Below the pieces are notes generated by a model, which was not told where the DNA came from, made no database searches, and saw only the letters and a list, made by a program, of their open reading frames with translations. DNA of 55,016 nt from Myxococcota bacterium (GTDB lineage: Bacteria > Myxococcota_A > UBA796 > CAJQPC01). Numbering within the stretch: the first letter of the stretch is position 1; each line of letters opens with the position of its first letter. Of this stretch, positions 38,084 through 45,986 are shown piece after piece. The position numbers and the translations under genes are program-made. The stretch covers positions 1-55,016 of the forward strand of contig DASCPX010000072.1 of the NCBI GenBank assembly GCA_036012755.1, given 5' to 3'.

Positions 38084-38923
38084 GTGTCCATCCCCAAGCT
38101 GCTGGCTGCGCTGTTCGGCCTCCTGGTCGTGCTCTGGCTCGGCAGCGGCGTCTTCGTCGTGAACCCTGGACACTCGGGTGTCGTCTTCCGCTTCGGCGCC
38201 GTCGCGCGCTCGGTTGAGCCGGGTGTGCAGGTGCGGCTGGCCTGGCCCATCGAGCGCCAGGAGATCGTCGCGGTCGGAGAGGTCCGTCGGGTCGAGAGCG
38301 AGCCGGTGCGGATGCTCACCGGCGACACGAACCTCGTCGATCTGCAGTTGGTGGCCCAGTACAGCGTGGAGGACGCCGAGACCTTCCTGCTCAGCGCCCG
38401 GGATCCCGACGCGCTGGTGCTCGCCGCCGTGCTGAGTGCGGCGACCCGCGTCGTGTCCACGGTCGACGTCGACAGCCTGCTCACGACCGGACGCGCCACC
38501 CTGCAGCGCACGGTGAAGGCGGAGGCACAAGTACTCATGGCCCCGCACGGGGTGCGCATCGACGCTGTCGAGCTCGCCGAGCTGTCCCCTCCACCTGCCG
38601 TCGTCGATGCCTTCAACGACGTGTCCTCGGCCCGCGGGGACAAGGACACCATCGCTCTCGCCGCCGAGGGCTACGCCAGCGATCTCCTCCCTCGGACCCG
38701 GGGAGAGCACCGGCGTCGCGTGGAGCTGGCTCGGGCGGAGGCCGCAGCGCGAGGTGCGGAGGTCGAGGGGGACGTCGCGCGCTTCGATGGGCTCCAGCCG
38801 ACCTGGAAGGAGGCGCCCGAAGCTGTCGAGGGACGGCTGCGCCGGGAGACCTGGGAGGCCGTCGAGGCAGAGATCATCGTGGTAGAGGCTGGGTCCTCGT
38901 TGGTGTGGAGGACCTCGCAGTGA
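38084..38923 (+). CDS. HflK-like SPFH protein
   Basis: GVVFRFG, WPIE, MLTGDTNLVD, PPPAVVDAFNDV, AEGYASDLLPRTRGE. Confidence 0.85.
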   Translation: MSIPKLLAALFGLLVVLWLGSGVFVVNPGHSGVVFRFGAVARSVEPGVQVRLAWPIERQEIVAVGEVRRVESEPVRMLTGDTNLVDLQLVAQYSVEDAETFLLSARDPDALVLAAVLSAATRVVSTVDVDSLLTTGRATLQRTVKAEAQVLMAPHGVRIDAVELAELSPPPAVVDAFNDVSSARGDKDTIALAAEGYASDLLPRTRGEHRRRVELARAEAAARGAEVEGDVARFDGLQPTWKEAPEAVEGRLRRETWEAVEAEIIVVEAGSSLVWRTSQ

Positions 38924-40383
38924 ACACTCACGTTCGAGCTGGACTGGCGCTCTTCGTCGTCGCGAACATCGCGGTGTTCGCCTTCCTCCTGCTGCGCCCA
39001 CCGGAGGAGCCGGCGGAGGATCTCGGCGCGATCCTCGACCCGATGGTCGCCGACGGGACGATGGAGACTGCCAGGTACGATCTCTCCGACAAGGCGGGGG
39101 AGCTCAACGTCATCCTCATCAGCTTGGACGCCCTCCGCTACGACCGGACCGGCCTCAGCGGCAACTCGGATGGACTGACACCGAACCTCGACGCCTTCGT
39201 GGAGGAGGCCATCGTCTTCGACAACGCGGTGAGCGCGGCCAGCTGGACCTTGCCCTCGCACATGTCGATGTGGACCGGGCGCTGGCCGAGCGTCCACGGG
39301 GTCACCAACAAGCTCCGCCTGCTCGGCGCAGACCAGATGGCCGAGTCAGCGCTCTCTGCGGGCATCGAGACCTACCCCTCGCTGCTGGTCCGGGACGGCA
39401 TGGTCGCGGCGGGCTTCTCCGGCGGCGCGGGCATGAGCGGGCGCTACGGCTTCGCGCGGGACTTCTCGGTCTACGTCGACGATCGCCCCTTCGCTGGCCT
39501 CGACTACTCCGCCCCACAGGCCGTCGACTGGCTGCGGGAGCACCGGGACGAGCGCTTCCTCCTCGTCGTCCACGGCTACGACGTTCACGGCCAGTACCCC
39601 CTCCCGCCGGCAACCGCCGATGGCATCGAGTACGCGGGCGACCTCGACGGCACGGTCGAGGAGAACGCTCGCCTCCGCGAGCAAGGCCTCGCCGCCATCG
39701 TCGAGCCCGGCGACGCCTCCGACATCACCGGAGACGTCGGAGCGGACGACGCCCGCTTCCTCGAGGAGCTCTACGACCTGAAGGTGCGCGCGGCCGACGA
39801 GCGCCTCGGCAGCCTGCTCTCCCAGATCCGGACAATGGGCTTGATGGACAACTCGATCATCGCTGTGGTCTCCGACCACGGTGACGAGTTCATGGAGCAC
39901 GGCGCCCTCGACCACGGCCACACGCTCTACGAGGAGCAGCTGCACGTCGTCATGGCGCTGCGGATCCCGGGCTACGCGCGCCAGCAGCGAATTCCCGACA
40001 TCGTCCGCACGGTCGACCTGTTCCCGACGGTCTTCGACCTGCTCGGTCTCCCAGGACCGGAAGGAGTCAACGGCGTCAGCCTCCTGCCGCTGTTGCGGGG
40101 AGAGCCCATGGAGCTGGAGGCCTACAGCGAGACCGACTACCGGCTCTTCGTCCACCAGCGCGCCCTCCGCCAGGGGGACTACAAGCTGATCCTCGACCTG
40201 CGCGACGGGGAGCGCTCCCTCTACGATCTGTCCGCCGACAGCGAGGAGCTGCGGGACATCAGCAGCGGCGAGCCACGGCGCACCTACGAGATGGAGCAGG
40301 AGCTCAAGGGCTGGATGATGCAGCACGGCCAGAACCCGCAGGACTACCTGGGCATCCGCCAGAACCCCATCGAGATCTTCTGA
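38920..40383 (+). CDS. Membrane-anchored sulfatase-fold protein, WTLPSH type
   Basis: NVILISLDALRYD, ASWTLPSHMS, HGYDVH, SDHGDEF, LYDLSAD; GTG 38920 coupled to upstream stop. Confidence 0.88.
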   Translation: MNTHVRAGLALFVVANIAVFAFLLLRPPEEPAEDLGAILDPMVADGTMETARYDLSDKAGELNVILISLDALRYDRTGLSGNSDGLTPNLDAFVEEAIVFDNAVSAASWTLPSHMSMWTGRWPSVHGVTNKLRLLGADQMAESALSAGIETYPSLLVRDGMVAAGFSGGAGMSGRYGFARDFSVYVDDRPFAGLDYSAPQAVDWLREHRDERFLLVVHGYDVHGQYPLPPATADGIEYAGDLDGTVEENARLREQGLAAIVEPGDASDITGDVGADDARFLEELYDLKVRAADERLGSLLSQIRTMGLMDNSIIAVVSDHGDEFMEHGALDHGHTLYEEQLHVVMALRIPGYARQQRIPDIVRTVDLFPTVFDLLGLPGPEGVNGVSLLPLLRGEPMELEAYSETDYRLFVHQRALRQGDYKLILDLRDGERSLYDLSADSEELRDISSGEPRRTYEMEQELKGWMMQHGQNPQDYLGIRQNPIEIF

Positions 40384-40520
40384 TGAGCCGTCTCGCTTGC
40401 CTGCTGGCGCTCAACGCGCTGTTGAGCGTGGCGATCGCCTGGCGGTGGATCGAACTCTCCGACGCGTGGCAGCGCCACGTGCACGTCCTCCAGGTGAGGA
40501 CCCACGTCGGCGCCCCGTAG
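40383..40520 (+). CDS. 45-aa single-TM small protein (not in ORF track)
   Basis: MSRLACLLALNALLSVAIAWRWIELSDAWQRHVHVLQVRTHVGAP; TGATG coupling, fills the gap. Confidence 0.55.
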   Translation: MSRLACLLALNALLSVAIAWRWIELSDAWQRHVHVLQVRTHVGAP

Positions 40521-40522
40521 GC

Positions 40523-41062
40523 CTAGCCCTCCTGTGGGGCGGCGACCTCGGACTCGTCCACTCGCCCGTCGTCGTTGGTGTCGAGGTGGATGAAGATCTC
40601 GGGTGGGCCGGGGAACTCGGAGCGGTCGAGCGCACCGTCGCCGTCGGCGTCCGCGGCCGGGATCGGGAAGTCCCTCCAGCGCTCGAGGAGCTCGCCCACC
40701 TGGCCGCGGGTGGACTTGAGCTCATCGCGAGTCACGAAGCCGTCGCCGTCGGTGTCCCGCTCCAGGAAGCGGGCTGCCCACTGGCCGTCCTCGCTGTATT
40801 CGCTGATGGACACGCGGCCGTCCCCGTCGCGGTCGAGCTCCATGAACGCCCCTCGGAGGCCGTCCTTTGGGGCGCTGGGGCGATCGCCCTTCTTCTTCGC
40901 CGGTTCCAGGACTGGAGGAGGGAGCTGGGGCTGCGGGCGGGGCTCTTCGTCGGGGGCGGCCTCGAGGCTCGGTGGCACGCTGCGGGTCCAGCCGAGCCAG
41001 GCGAAGCCCGCCACGGTCAAGGTGGCGGCCAGCACAGCGAGTCCCTGGGCTGCGGTCGACAT
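40523..41062 (-). CDS. Membrane-anchored protein with four EF-hand motifs
   Basis: DRDGDGRVSISE, DTDGDGFVTRDE, DADGDGALDRSE, DTNDDGRVDESE; start ATG 41062. Confidence 0.82.
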   Translation of the reverse strand: MSTAAQGLAVLAATLTVAGFAWLGWTRSVPPSLEAAPDEEPRPQPQLPPPVLEPAKKKGDRPSAPKDGLRGAFMELDRDGDGRVSISEYSEDGQWAARFLERDTDGDGFVTRDELKSTRGQVGELLERWRDFPIPAADADGDGALDRSEFPGPPEIFIHLDTNDDGRVDESEVAAPQEG

Positions 41063-41093
41063 CGGCGGCGAGCATACGACGTAGAATGAGGCC

Positions 41094-42065
41094 GTGAAGC
41101 GTGCGTTGCGGTGGCTGGCGGTTGGAGCCCTGGCGCTGGCCTTGATCTTTGCCGTCGTCGTCGGCCCGCCCGCCCAGGTCCGTGTCCTGGAGACCGGCGT
41201 CTCCTGCCGCATGGTCGACGAGACTCTCGGCGTCGCCACCTACCAGCCGCGGTGCAAGGGGGAGCGCGACATCGGCGAGGGGCCCGTCCCCTTCCTGATC
41301 AACGGCAGGGGCTTCCGGGGGGCACCCCCGATCGAGGGAGCCCGGCGCGTGCTGCTCCTCGGTGGTTCTCGGGCCTTCGCGCCCGGCCTGACGAACGCCG
41401 AGGAGCCCTCTGCCGTCGCCGAGGCCTACCTCCAAGAACACGACCGCGCCGGCGTGGACATCCTGAACCTGTCGGTAGAGGGCTACTCCTCGATCCAACA
41501 CGCCATCCGCCTGCCCAAGTACCTCGCACATTACGAGCCAGACCTCGTGGTGCTAACGACCTTCACCCGACGCGGCATCTACAGGGAACACCTCGTGGAG
41601 CCGGAGCGGAACGACAATGGCTACCCGCTGCGCCTGCTCGGGGCGGACCCCGGCTGGCTCCACTTCACCTCTTCGTGGAGTCTGCGCGACGCAGGCGCAT
41701 TGCCCTTCGCCGGCCCCGCGCTGGATTCGACCAAGAACATGGCGCGCCTGTGCCGGAGCAAGGGCGTGAAGTTCCGCGTCGCCTGGGACGGGCGGGGTCT
41801 CTCCAATGCCCGGAGCAGCGGCGCCAAGGAGGGAAGCAGCGCGCTGCGATGGCTCACGCCACGGGTGGAGGTGACCAGCGACGACCTGGAATGGTTGATC
41901 GTCGAGAAGGGGGTGCCGCTCTACTACGCCGCCGACTGGTATCCGGACCGGGAGCTGGAACCGGAGCTCTTCACACCGGACGGCTCGTTCGCCACCGCCG
42001 AGGGTGTGGACCGTCTCGGCTTCGGGCTCGCGCGGCTCGTGGACGGGCTGATGTACAAGGACTAG
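41094..42065 (+). CDS. SGNH/GDSL-like membrane-anchored protein with degenerate active site
   Basis: INGRGFRG, RVLLLGGS, ILNLSVEGYS, PDLVVL. Confidence 0.65.
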   Translation: MKRALRWLAVGALALALIFAVVVGPPAQVRVLETGVSCRMVDETLGVATYQPRCKGERDIGEGPVPFLINGRGFRGAPPIEGARRVLLLGGSRAFAPGLTNAEEPSAVAEAYLQEHDRAGVDILNLSVEGYSSIQHAIRLPKYLAHYEPDLVVLTTFTRRGIYREHLVEPERNDNGYPLRLLGADPGWLHFTSSWSLRDAGALPFAGPALDSTKNMARLCRSKGVKFRVAWDGRGLSNARSSGAKEGSSALRWLTPRVEVTSDDLEWLIVEKGVPLYYAADWYPDRELEPELFTPDGSFATAEGVDRLGFGLARLVDGLMYKD

Positions 42066-42985
42066 CCCCGGCGCAGGATGCCGGTAGCGCACCCGATCGC
42101 CCCAGCGGCGTCGAGGTAGGGGCGGACATCCACCGTGTGGGTCACCACCCCGAACGACTCCATGCGCTCGCGTAGCCGGGGGGCTCCCGTCGGCATGAGC
42201 ACCTCTGTTGGTGCCAGGGCGACGAGGTTGTTCCCCCGAGCGATGGCGACCTCCGGGTCGTCCTCATCGAGCTCGATCACCTCGACTCCGGAGAGGGCCT
42301 CACGCAGGCTCGCCGATGCCATCGCGGGTCGCAGGAGCACGAGGTCGTCCGCCAGGGGCGTACAGATCCCCAGCAGGTGCTGCGCTCCACGCTTCGGCAG
42401 CTCCACCTGCTGGACCTCGACACCCTGCCGCGCGAGGATCTCCTCGACGAGCGCGGCGCCCGCCTGGTTGGTTCGCAGACCGACTCCCAGGAGCACCCGG
42501 TCCTTGCCCAGCCAGAGCGCGTCGGCTCCCTCGAAGGTGGCCCCGCCCGTCGGCGTGGCGAGGATGGGCACCCCCAGGCCCGCCAGCGCCGCGGCGGCGA
42601 AGCGCTCCTCTCCTGCCCGAGCCCGGCCCGCGAGGCGGCCCAGGATCGCTCCCTCCGCGGACATGAAGAAGAGGTCGGCGGCGAAGATGACGTTGGGCGG
42701 TGCCCCCTCCGTGTCGATCCAGGAGACCTCTACGTCGAGGGCCTCCCATGCGGCCGCGAGGCGCAGCGAGGCGGCCCTGGTCGCCTCGAGATCCGGGACG
42801 CGCTCCATGAGCCAGCCCTCGGCGTCGTCGATCTCGCCGAGGCTCTGTGGTGGCCTGGCGAGCAGGACGTGCCGAAGGCGCTGTACAGAGGACCGTGCGC
42901 CGCACTTCAGCCAGGCGCCGCCGAGCTCTTCTGCGTGGGTGGTCGTGCGGGGCTCGAAGCCCTCGCCGCCGTAGGTCGCCTTCAT
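42062..42985 (-). CDS. Amidinotransferase/dimethylargininase (DDAH-like) family protein
   Basis: LRHVLLARP, RAGEE, FEGAD, GLRTN, HLLG, GAIGCAT; ATG 42985 coupled to upstream stop. Confidence 0.8.
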   Translation of the reverse strand: MKATYGGEGFEPRTTTHAEELGGAWLKCGARSSVQRLRHVLLARPPQSLGEIDDAEGWLMERVPDLEATRAASLRLAAAWEALDVEVSWIDTEGAPPNVIFAADLFFMSAEGAILGRLAGRARAGEERFAAAALAGLGVPILATPTGGATFEGADALWLGKDRVLLGVGLRTNQAGAALVEEILARQGVEVQQVELPKRGAQHLLGICTPLADDLVLLRPAMASASLREALSGVEVIELDEDDPEVAIARGNNLVALAPTEVLMPTGAPRLRERMESFGVVTHTVDVRPYLDAAGAIGCATGILRRG

Positions 42986-43959
42986 CGGAGGCCCAGCTTC
43001 ATGCGCGCCACCCGCGCCCGGCGGCGCCAGCGCAGCCAGTGGATGCGGTCCCCCTGGAGGCTGCGGAGCTCGCTCTGCACGCGCATGACGAGGTCGCGGG
43101 CTCGGGCCTCGAGGAAGTCCCTTTGACTCGGCGTTGGCCCTGGTGCCTCGGGACGGTAGCCGAGCTCCTGCATCACCTCGCCGGCGACGGCCTCGACCTG
43201 GGCGAGCTCTCTCTTCGTCAGGCCCTTGCGCCACTTCTCCGTGTTGTTCCGCATCACCGGCTTGTTGTTGTTCTCCCAGGACTTGGAGAGCCCGGCGGTC
43301 CGGCTGGCCCTCGCCCTGTCGTGGAAGCTCAGCATCGCCTCGTGCATGGTGATGCCGACGTGGTCGCAGAGCCGCGCCGTCATCAGCTCTGGCGAGGCGA
43401 GCACGTCCTCGTAGTGGAGTCGCATGACCCGCTCGGGCCCCAGCCGCTGTGCCACGTCGATGGCGACCCGCTGCTGCCGGGCCCACAGCCCGGCGGTGAG
43501 CAGGGGCTCGAAGGGGTTGAAGACCGAGGTCTTCGAGGACAGGGCCACGTCGCGCACGTCGCGGACGAGCCAGACGAAGCGGGCGCCTGGACGGCGAGCC
43601 AGGATCTCGTCCACGAACTCGACGACGAAGGTGCTCTTGCAGCCCCAGTGGGTCGCCCCTCCGTGACTCGCGACGAGGTCGTAGAGCGCGAGGAAGACGC
43701 CGACGACGGTGGGGTCATCGCGTGCCTCTGACGCGAGCTCTGCCGCCGTGGGCATCCAGTCCCAGGGGTGGATGTGGCCGCGCACCATCGCGAGGGTGTC
43801 GGCGACGATGTCGTCGAGGCCTTCGTGATCGAGATCGCCCAGGTAGCGGAGCAGGTGAGGGGGGTGGGGCACGACGACCTCGGGGTGAGCGTCGAAGATC
43901 ACCCGCAGCAGGTTCGAGCCGCTGCGCTCCGTCCCGATGATGAAGAAGGCCTCACTCAC
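42982..43959 (-). CDS. PAPS-dependent sulfotransferase, cytoplasmic
   Basis: IIGTERSGSNLLR, WGCKST, LVRDVRDVALS, LHYED, MQELGY. Confidence 0.88.
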   Translation of the reverse strand: MSEAFFIIGTERSGSNLLRVIFDAHPEVVVPHPPHLLRYLGDLDHEGLDDIVADTLAMVRGHIHPWDWMPTAAELASEARDDPTVVGVFLALYDLVASHGGATHWGCKSTFVVEFVDEILARRPGARFVWLVRDVRDVALSSKTSVFNPFEPLLTAGLWARQQRVAIDVAQRLGPERVMRLHYEDVLASPELMTARLCDHVGITMHEAMLSFHDRARASRTAGLSKSWENNNKPVMRNNTEKWRKGLTKRELAQVEAVAGEVMQELGYRPEAPGPTPSQRDFLEARARDLVMRVQSELRSLQGDRIHWLRWRRRARVARMKLGLR

Positions 43960-44251
43960 GGTCAGACCCGGGCATTCGGATCACCCAGAGGGGGTCGAGC
44001 TCCTCGACGAGGATCTCCACCTCGCGGGGGTCGAGGCGGTCGTCGCGGTTCAGGTCGTGCAGGCGCCAGGAGAAGCCGGGGGGATCGCTGCCGGTGAGCT
44101 CCTCCGCCTCGAGCCACCCCGACTCGTCGGTGTCGAACTGGGCCAAGAGGCGCTGGGCCTGCAGGGGGTGGTGGGGACCCGCGCCCCACAGCAGGAGCGC
44201 GATCGCCAGCGCGCTGAGCAGGATCGCCAGGGCGAGCATGGTCGCTCTCAC
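43952..44251 (-). CDS. Small membrane-anchored EF-hand protein C
   Basis: MLALAILLSALAIALLLWG; DTDESGWLEAEE and DLNRDDRLDPRE; start GTG 44251 or ATG 44239. Confidence 0.78.
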   Translation of the reverse strand: MRATMLALAILLSALAIALLLWGAGPHHPLQAQRLLAQFDTDESGWLEAEELTGSDPPGFSWRLHDLNRDDRLDPREVEILVEELDPLWVIRMPGSDRE

Positions 44252-45558
44252 TGCAGCTCCGCGAAGAGCTCTGGGCCGAGCGGATCGGACCAGGACAGCG
44301 GCTCGCCGTGGGGCCCGGTGATGAAGGCACCCGGGGGGGGCTCCTCTGGCCACTGGTCGGATCCATGAGGCATCGCCAGGCGACCCTCGGCGGAGCGGAG
44401 GCTGACGGTGCCGAGCACCGCCTCGCTGTAGACCACCCGGTCCGGATCCGGAGACAGCAGATCCTGGCCCCGGGTCTCCGGCACCCGGACTCCGCTCAGC
44501 CCTGCCAGCGTCGGAAGGATGTCGACCAGGCCCACCGGCGTGGCGACGGCGCCGGGCTCGATGCCGGGGCCGCGAAGCATGAGCGCGACGTGGATGTTCT
44601 CGTCGTGGAGCGAACTGCGGTGGTTGACGTGGCCATGATCGAGGAGGTCCTCTCCGTGGTCGCTCATCACGACCACGACGGTGTCTCCTGACAGCCCGCG
44701 GTCCTCTAGCTCGGCCAGCAGGACGCCGACGTGGTAGTCCGCGTAGCGCACCGAGCCGTCGTAGAGCCCGCGCACGAAGGCCTCGTCCTCTGGCCCCAGG
44801 GTGATGCCCTCGCCCTCGTGGCCCGCGGCCCAGGTCTCCAGCTCGTCGAAGAGCGCCGGGTCGAGCACCGTTCGGCCACCGGTGGAGATGTTCTGCGGGT
44901 CGAAGCCGGGGTGCAGCACGCCGTCGAGGATCTGCTCGCAAGTCCAGGGGATCAGCGCGCGCTCCAAGAGCGGTCCGTTGTAGCCGGGCGTGTCCCCACG
45001 AAAGAGCGGTCCCCACTTCAGGTAGGGGGCGTGGACGTCGTAGCCGTGGACGAACATGAGCCAGGGCCGGTCACCTTCTTCGAGCACGTCGATGCGCTCG
45101 AGCGCCAGCGGCACGGTCTGCTGGAAGCTCCCGAAGTCGTCCCCGGAGGCGTAGCGCTGGAAGCCGACACCGAGGCCGAACTCGGGCGCGAGGTGTCCAC
45201 CGGCGACCACCGCCTCCGTGGCGTAGCCGGAGCGAGAGAAGACGGCGGCCATGGTCTCCTGGTCGGCCCGGAAGCCGTAGGTCGCGTAGTCGAGCTCGCC
45301 CATCTCGCTGGGGTAGAGCCCGGTGAACACCGAGGCGTGGCTGTAGAGGGTCTCGTTCGCCTGGGACCACGCGGACTCGAAGACTCGCGCGTCCCTGGCG
45401 AAGGCGTCGAGGTTCGGTGTCATCGATCTGCCCTCCGCGTCCCGCCTCCCGACGCGGTCCGCGCGGAGGGTGTCGATGCTCACGACGAGCACGTTCGGCG
45501 GGCCCGGGGCGGGTTCGCCACAGGCCGAGAGAGACAACAAGAGAGTCCACGACAGCAC
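44248..45558 (-). CDS. Sulfatase-fold lipoprotein, NETxxSH type
   Basis: PNVLVVSIDTLRAD, QANETLYSHAS, HGYDVHAPY, SDHGE; GTG 45558 lies 6 nt after TACGAT. Confidence 0.85.
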   Translation of the reverse strand: MLSWTLLLSLSACGEPAPGPPNVLVVSIDTLRADRVGRRDAEGRSMTPNLDAFARDARVFESAWSQANETLYSHASVFTGLYPSEMGELDYATYGFRADQETMAAVFSRSGYATEAVVAGGHLAPEFGLGVGFQRYASGDDFGSFQQTVPLALERIDVLEEGDRPWLMFVHGYDVHAPYLKWGPLFRGDTPGYNGPLLERALIPWTCEQILDGVLHPGFDPQNISTGGRTVLDPALFDELETWAAGHEGEGITLGPEDEAFVRGLYDGSVRYADYHVGVLLAELEDRGLSGDTVVVVMSDHGEDLLDHGHVNHRSSLHDENIHVALMLRGPGIEPGAVATPVGLVDILPTLAGLSGVRVPETRGQDLLSPDPDRVVYSEAVLGTVSLRSAEGRLAMPHGSDQWPEEPPPGAFITGPHGEPLSWSDPLGPELFAELQ

Positions 45559-45593
45559 GGTGCTATCGTACGTCGCCATGCACGCGAGGAGAT

Positions 45594-45986
45594 GTGGACA
45601 GGCTGCATCGCGGGCTCGCAGTGGCCCTGCTCATCGCCAACGCTGGCGTGCTGGCCTTCGTGCTCGCCTCCGCGGCCCGGTTGGTGCCTTCGTGGTTCGA
45701 TCGTCCGGGGAGCGAGGCCGCCGCGGCGAGCGCGCCGAGCATCCACAAGACCCGTCACAGCCCTCCCGGGGACGAGTGTGACCACGTCCTCGTGCAGCTG
45801 CGCACCGCCATCCTGGAGCTCCACGGCGGCCACCTCCCGCCGGAGGAGGAGGCGCGCATCGACGCGCTTCGCGGCAGTGGCAACTGCTCGGCGGGCAGCG
45901 AAGAGGTGGAGGCCCTCCGCGACGAGCTCTCGAGCGCCTTCCACGAGCAGGGCCGGGAGCCTCCGGAGTTCCTGGGGCTCCAGTGA
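45594..45986 (+). CDS. Hypothetical membrane-anchored protein with a Cys pair
   Basis: VDRLHRGLAVALLIANAGVLAFVL...; stop overlaps next GTG. Confidence 0.65.
   Translation: MDRLHRGLAVALLIANAGVLAFVLASAARLVPSWFDRPGSEAAAASAPSIHKTRHSPPGDECDHVLVQLRTAILELHGGHLPPEEEARIDALRGSGNCSAGSEEVEALRDELSSAFHEQGREPPEFLGLQ

Noticed and set aside
37218..38923. Assigning gene symbols hflC/hflK
   Set aside because: The similarity is clear, but the context (no hflX/ftsH, reversed order, fused third copy) argues against simple orthology.
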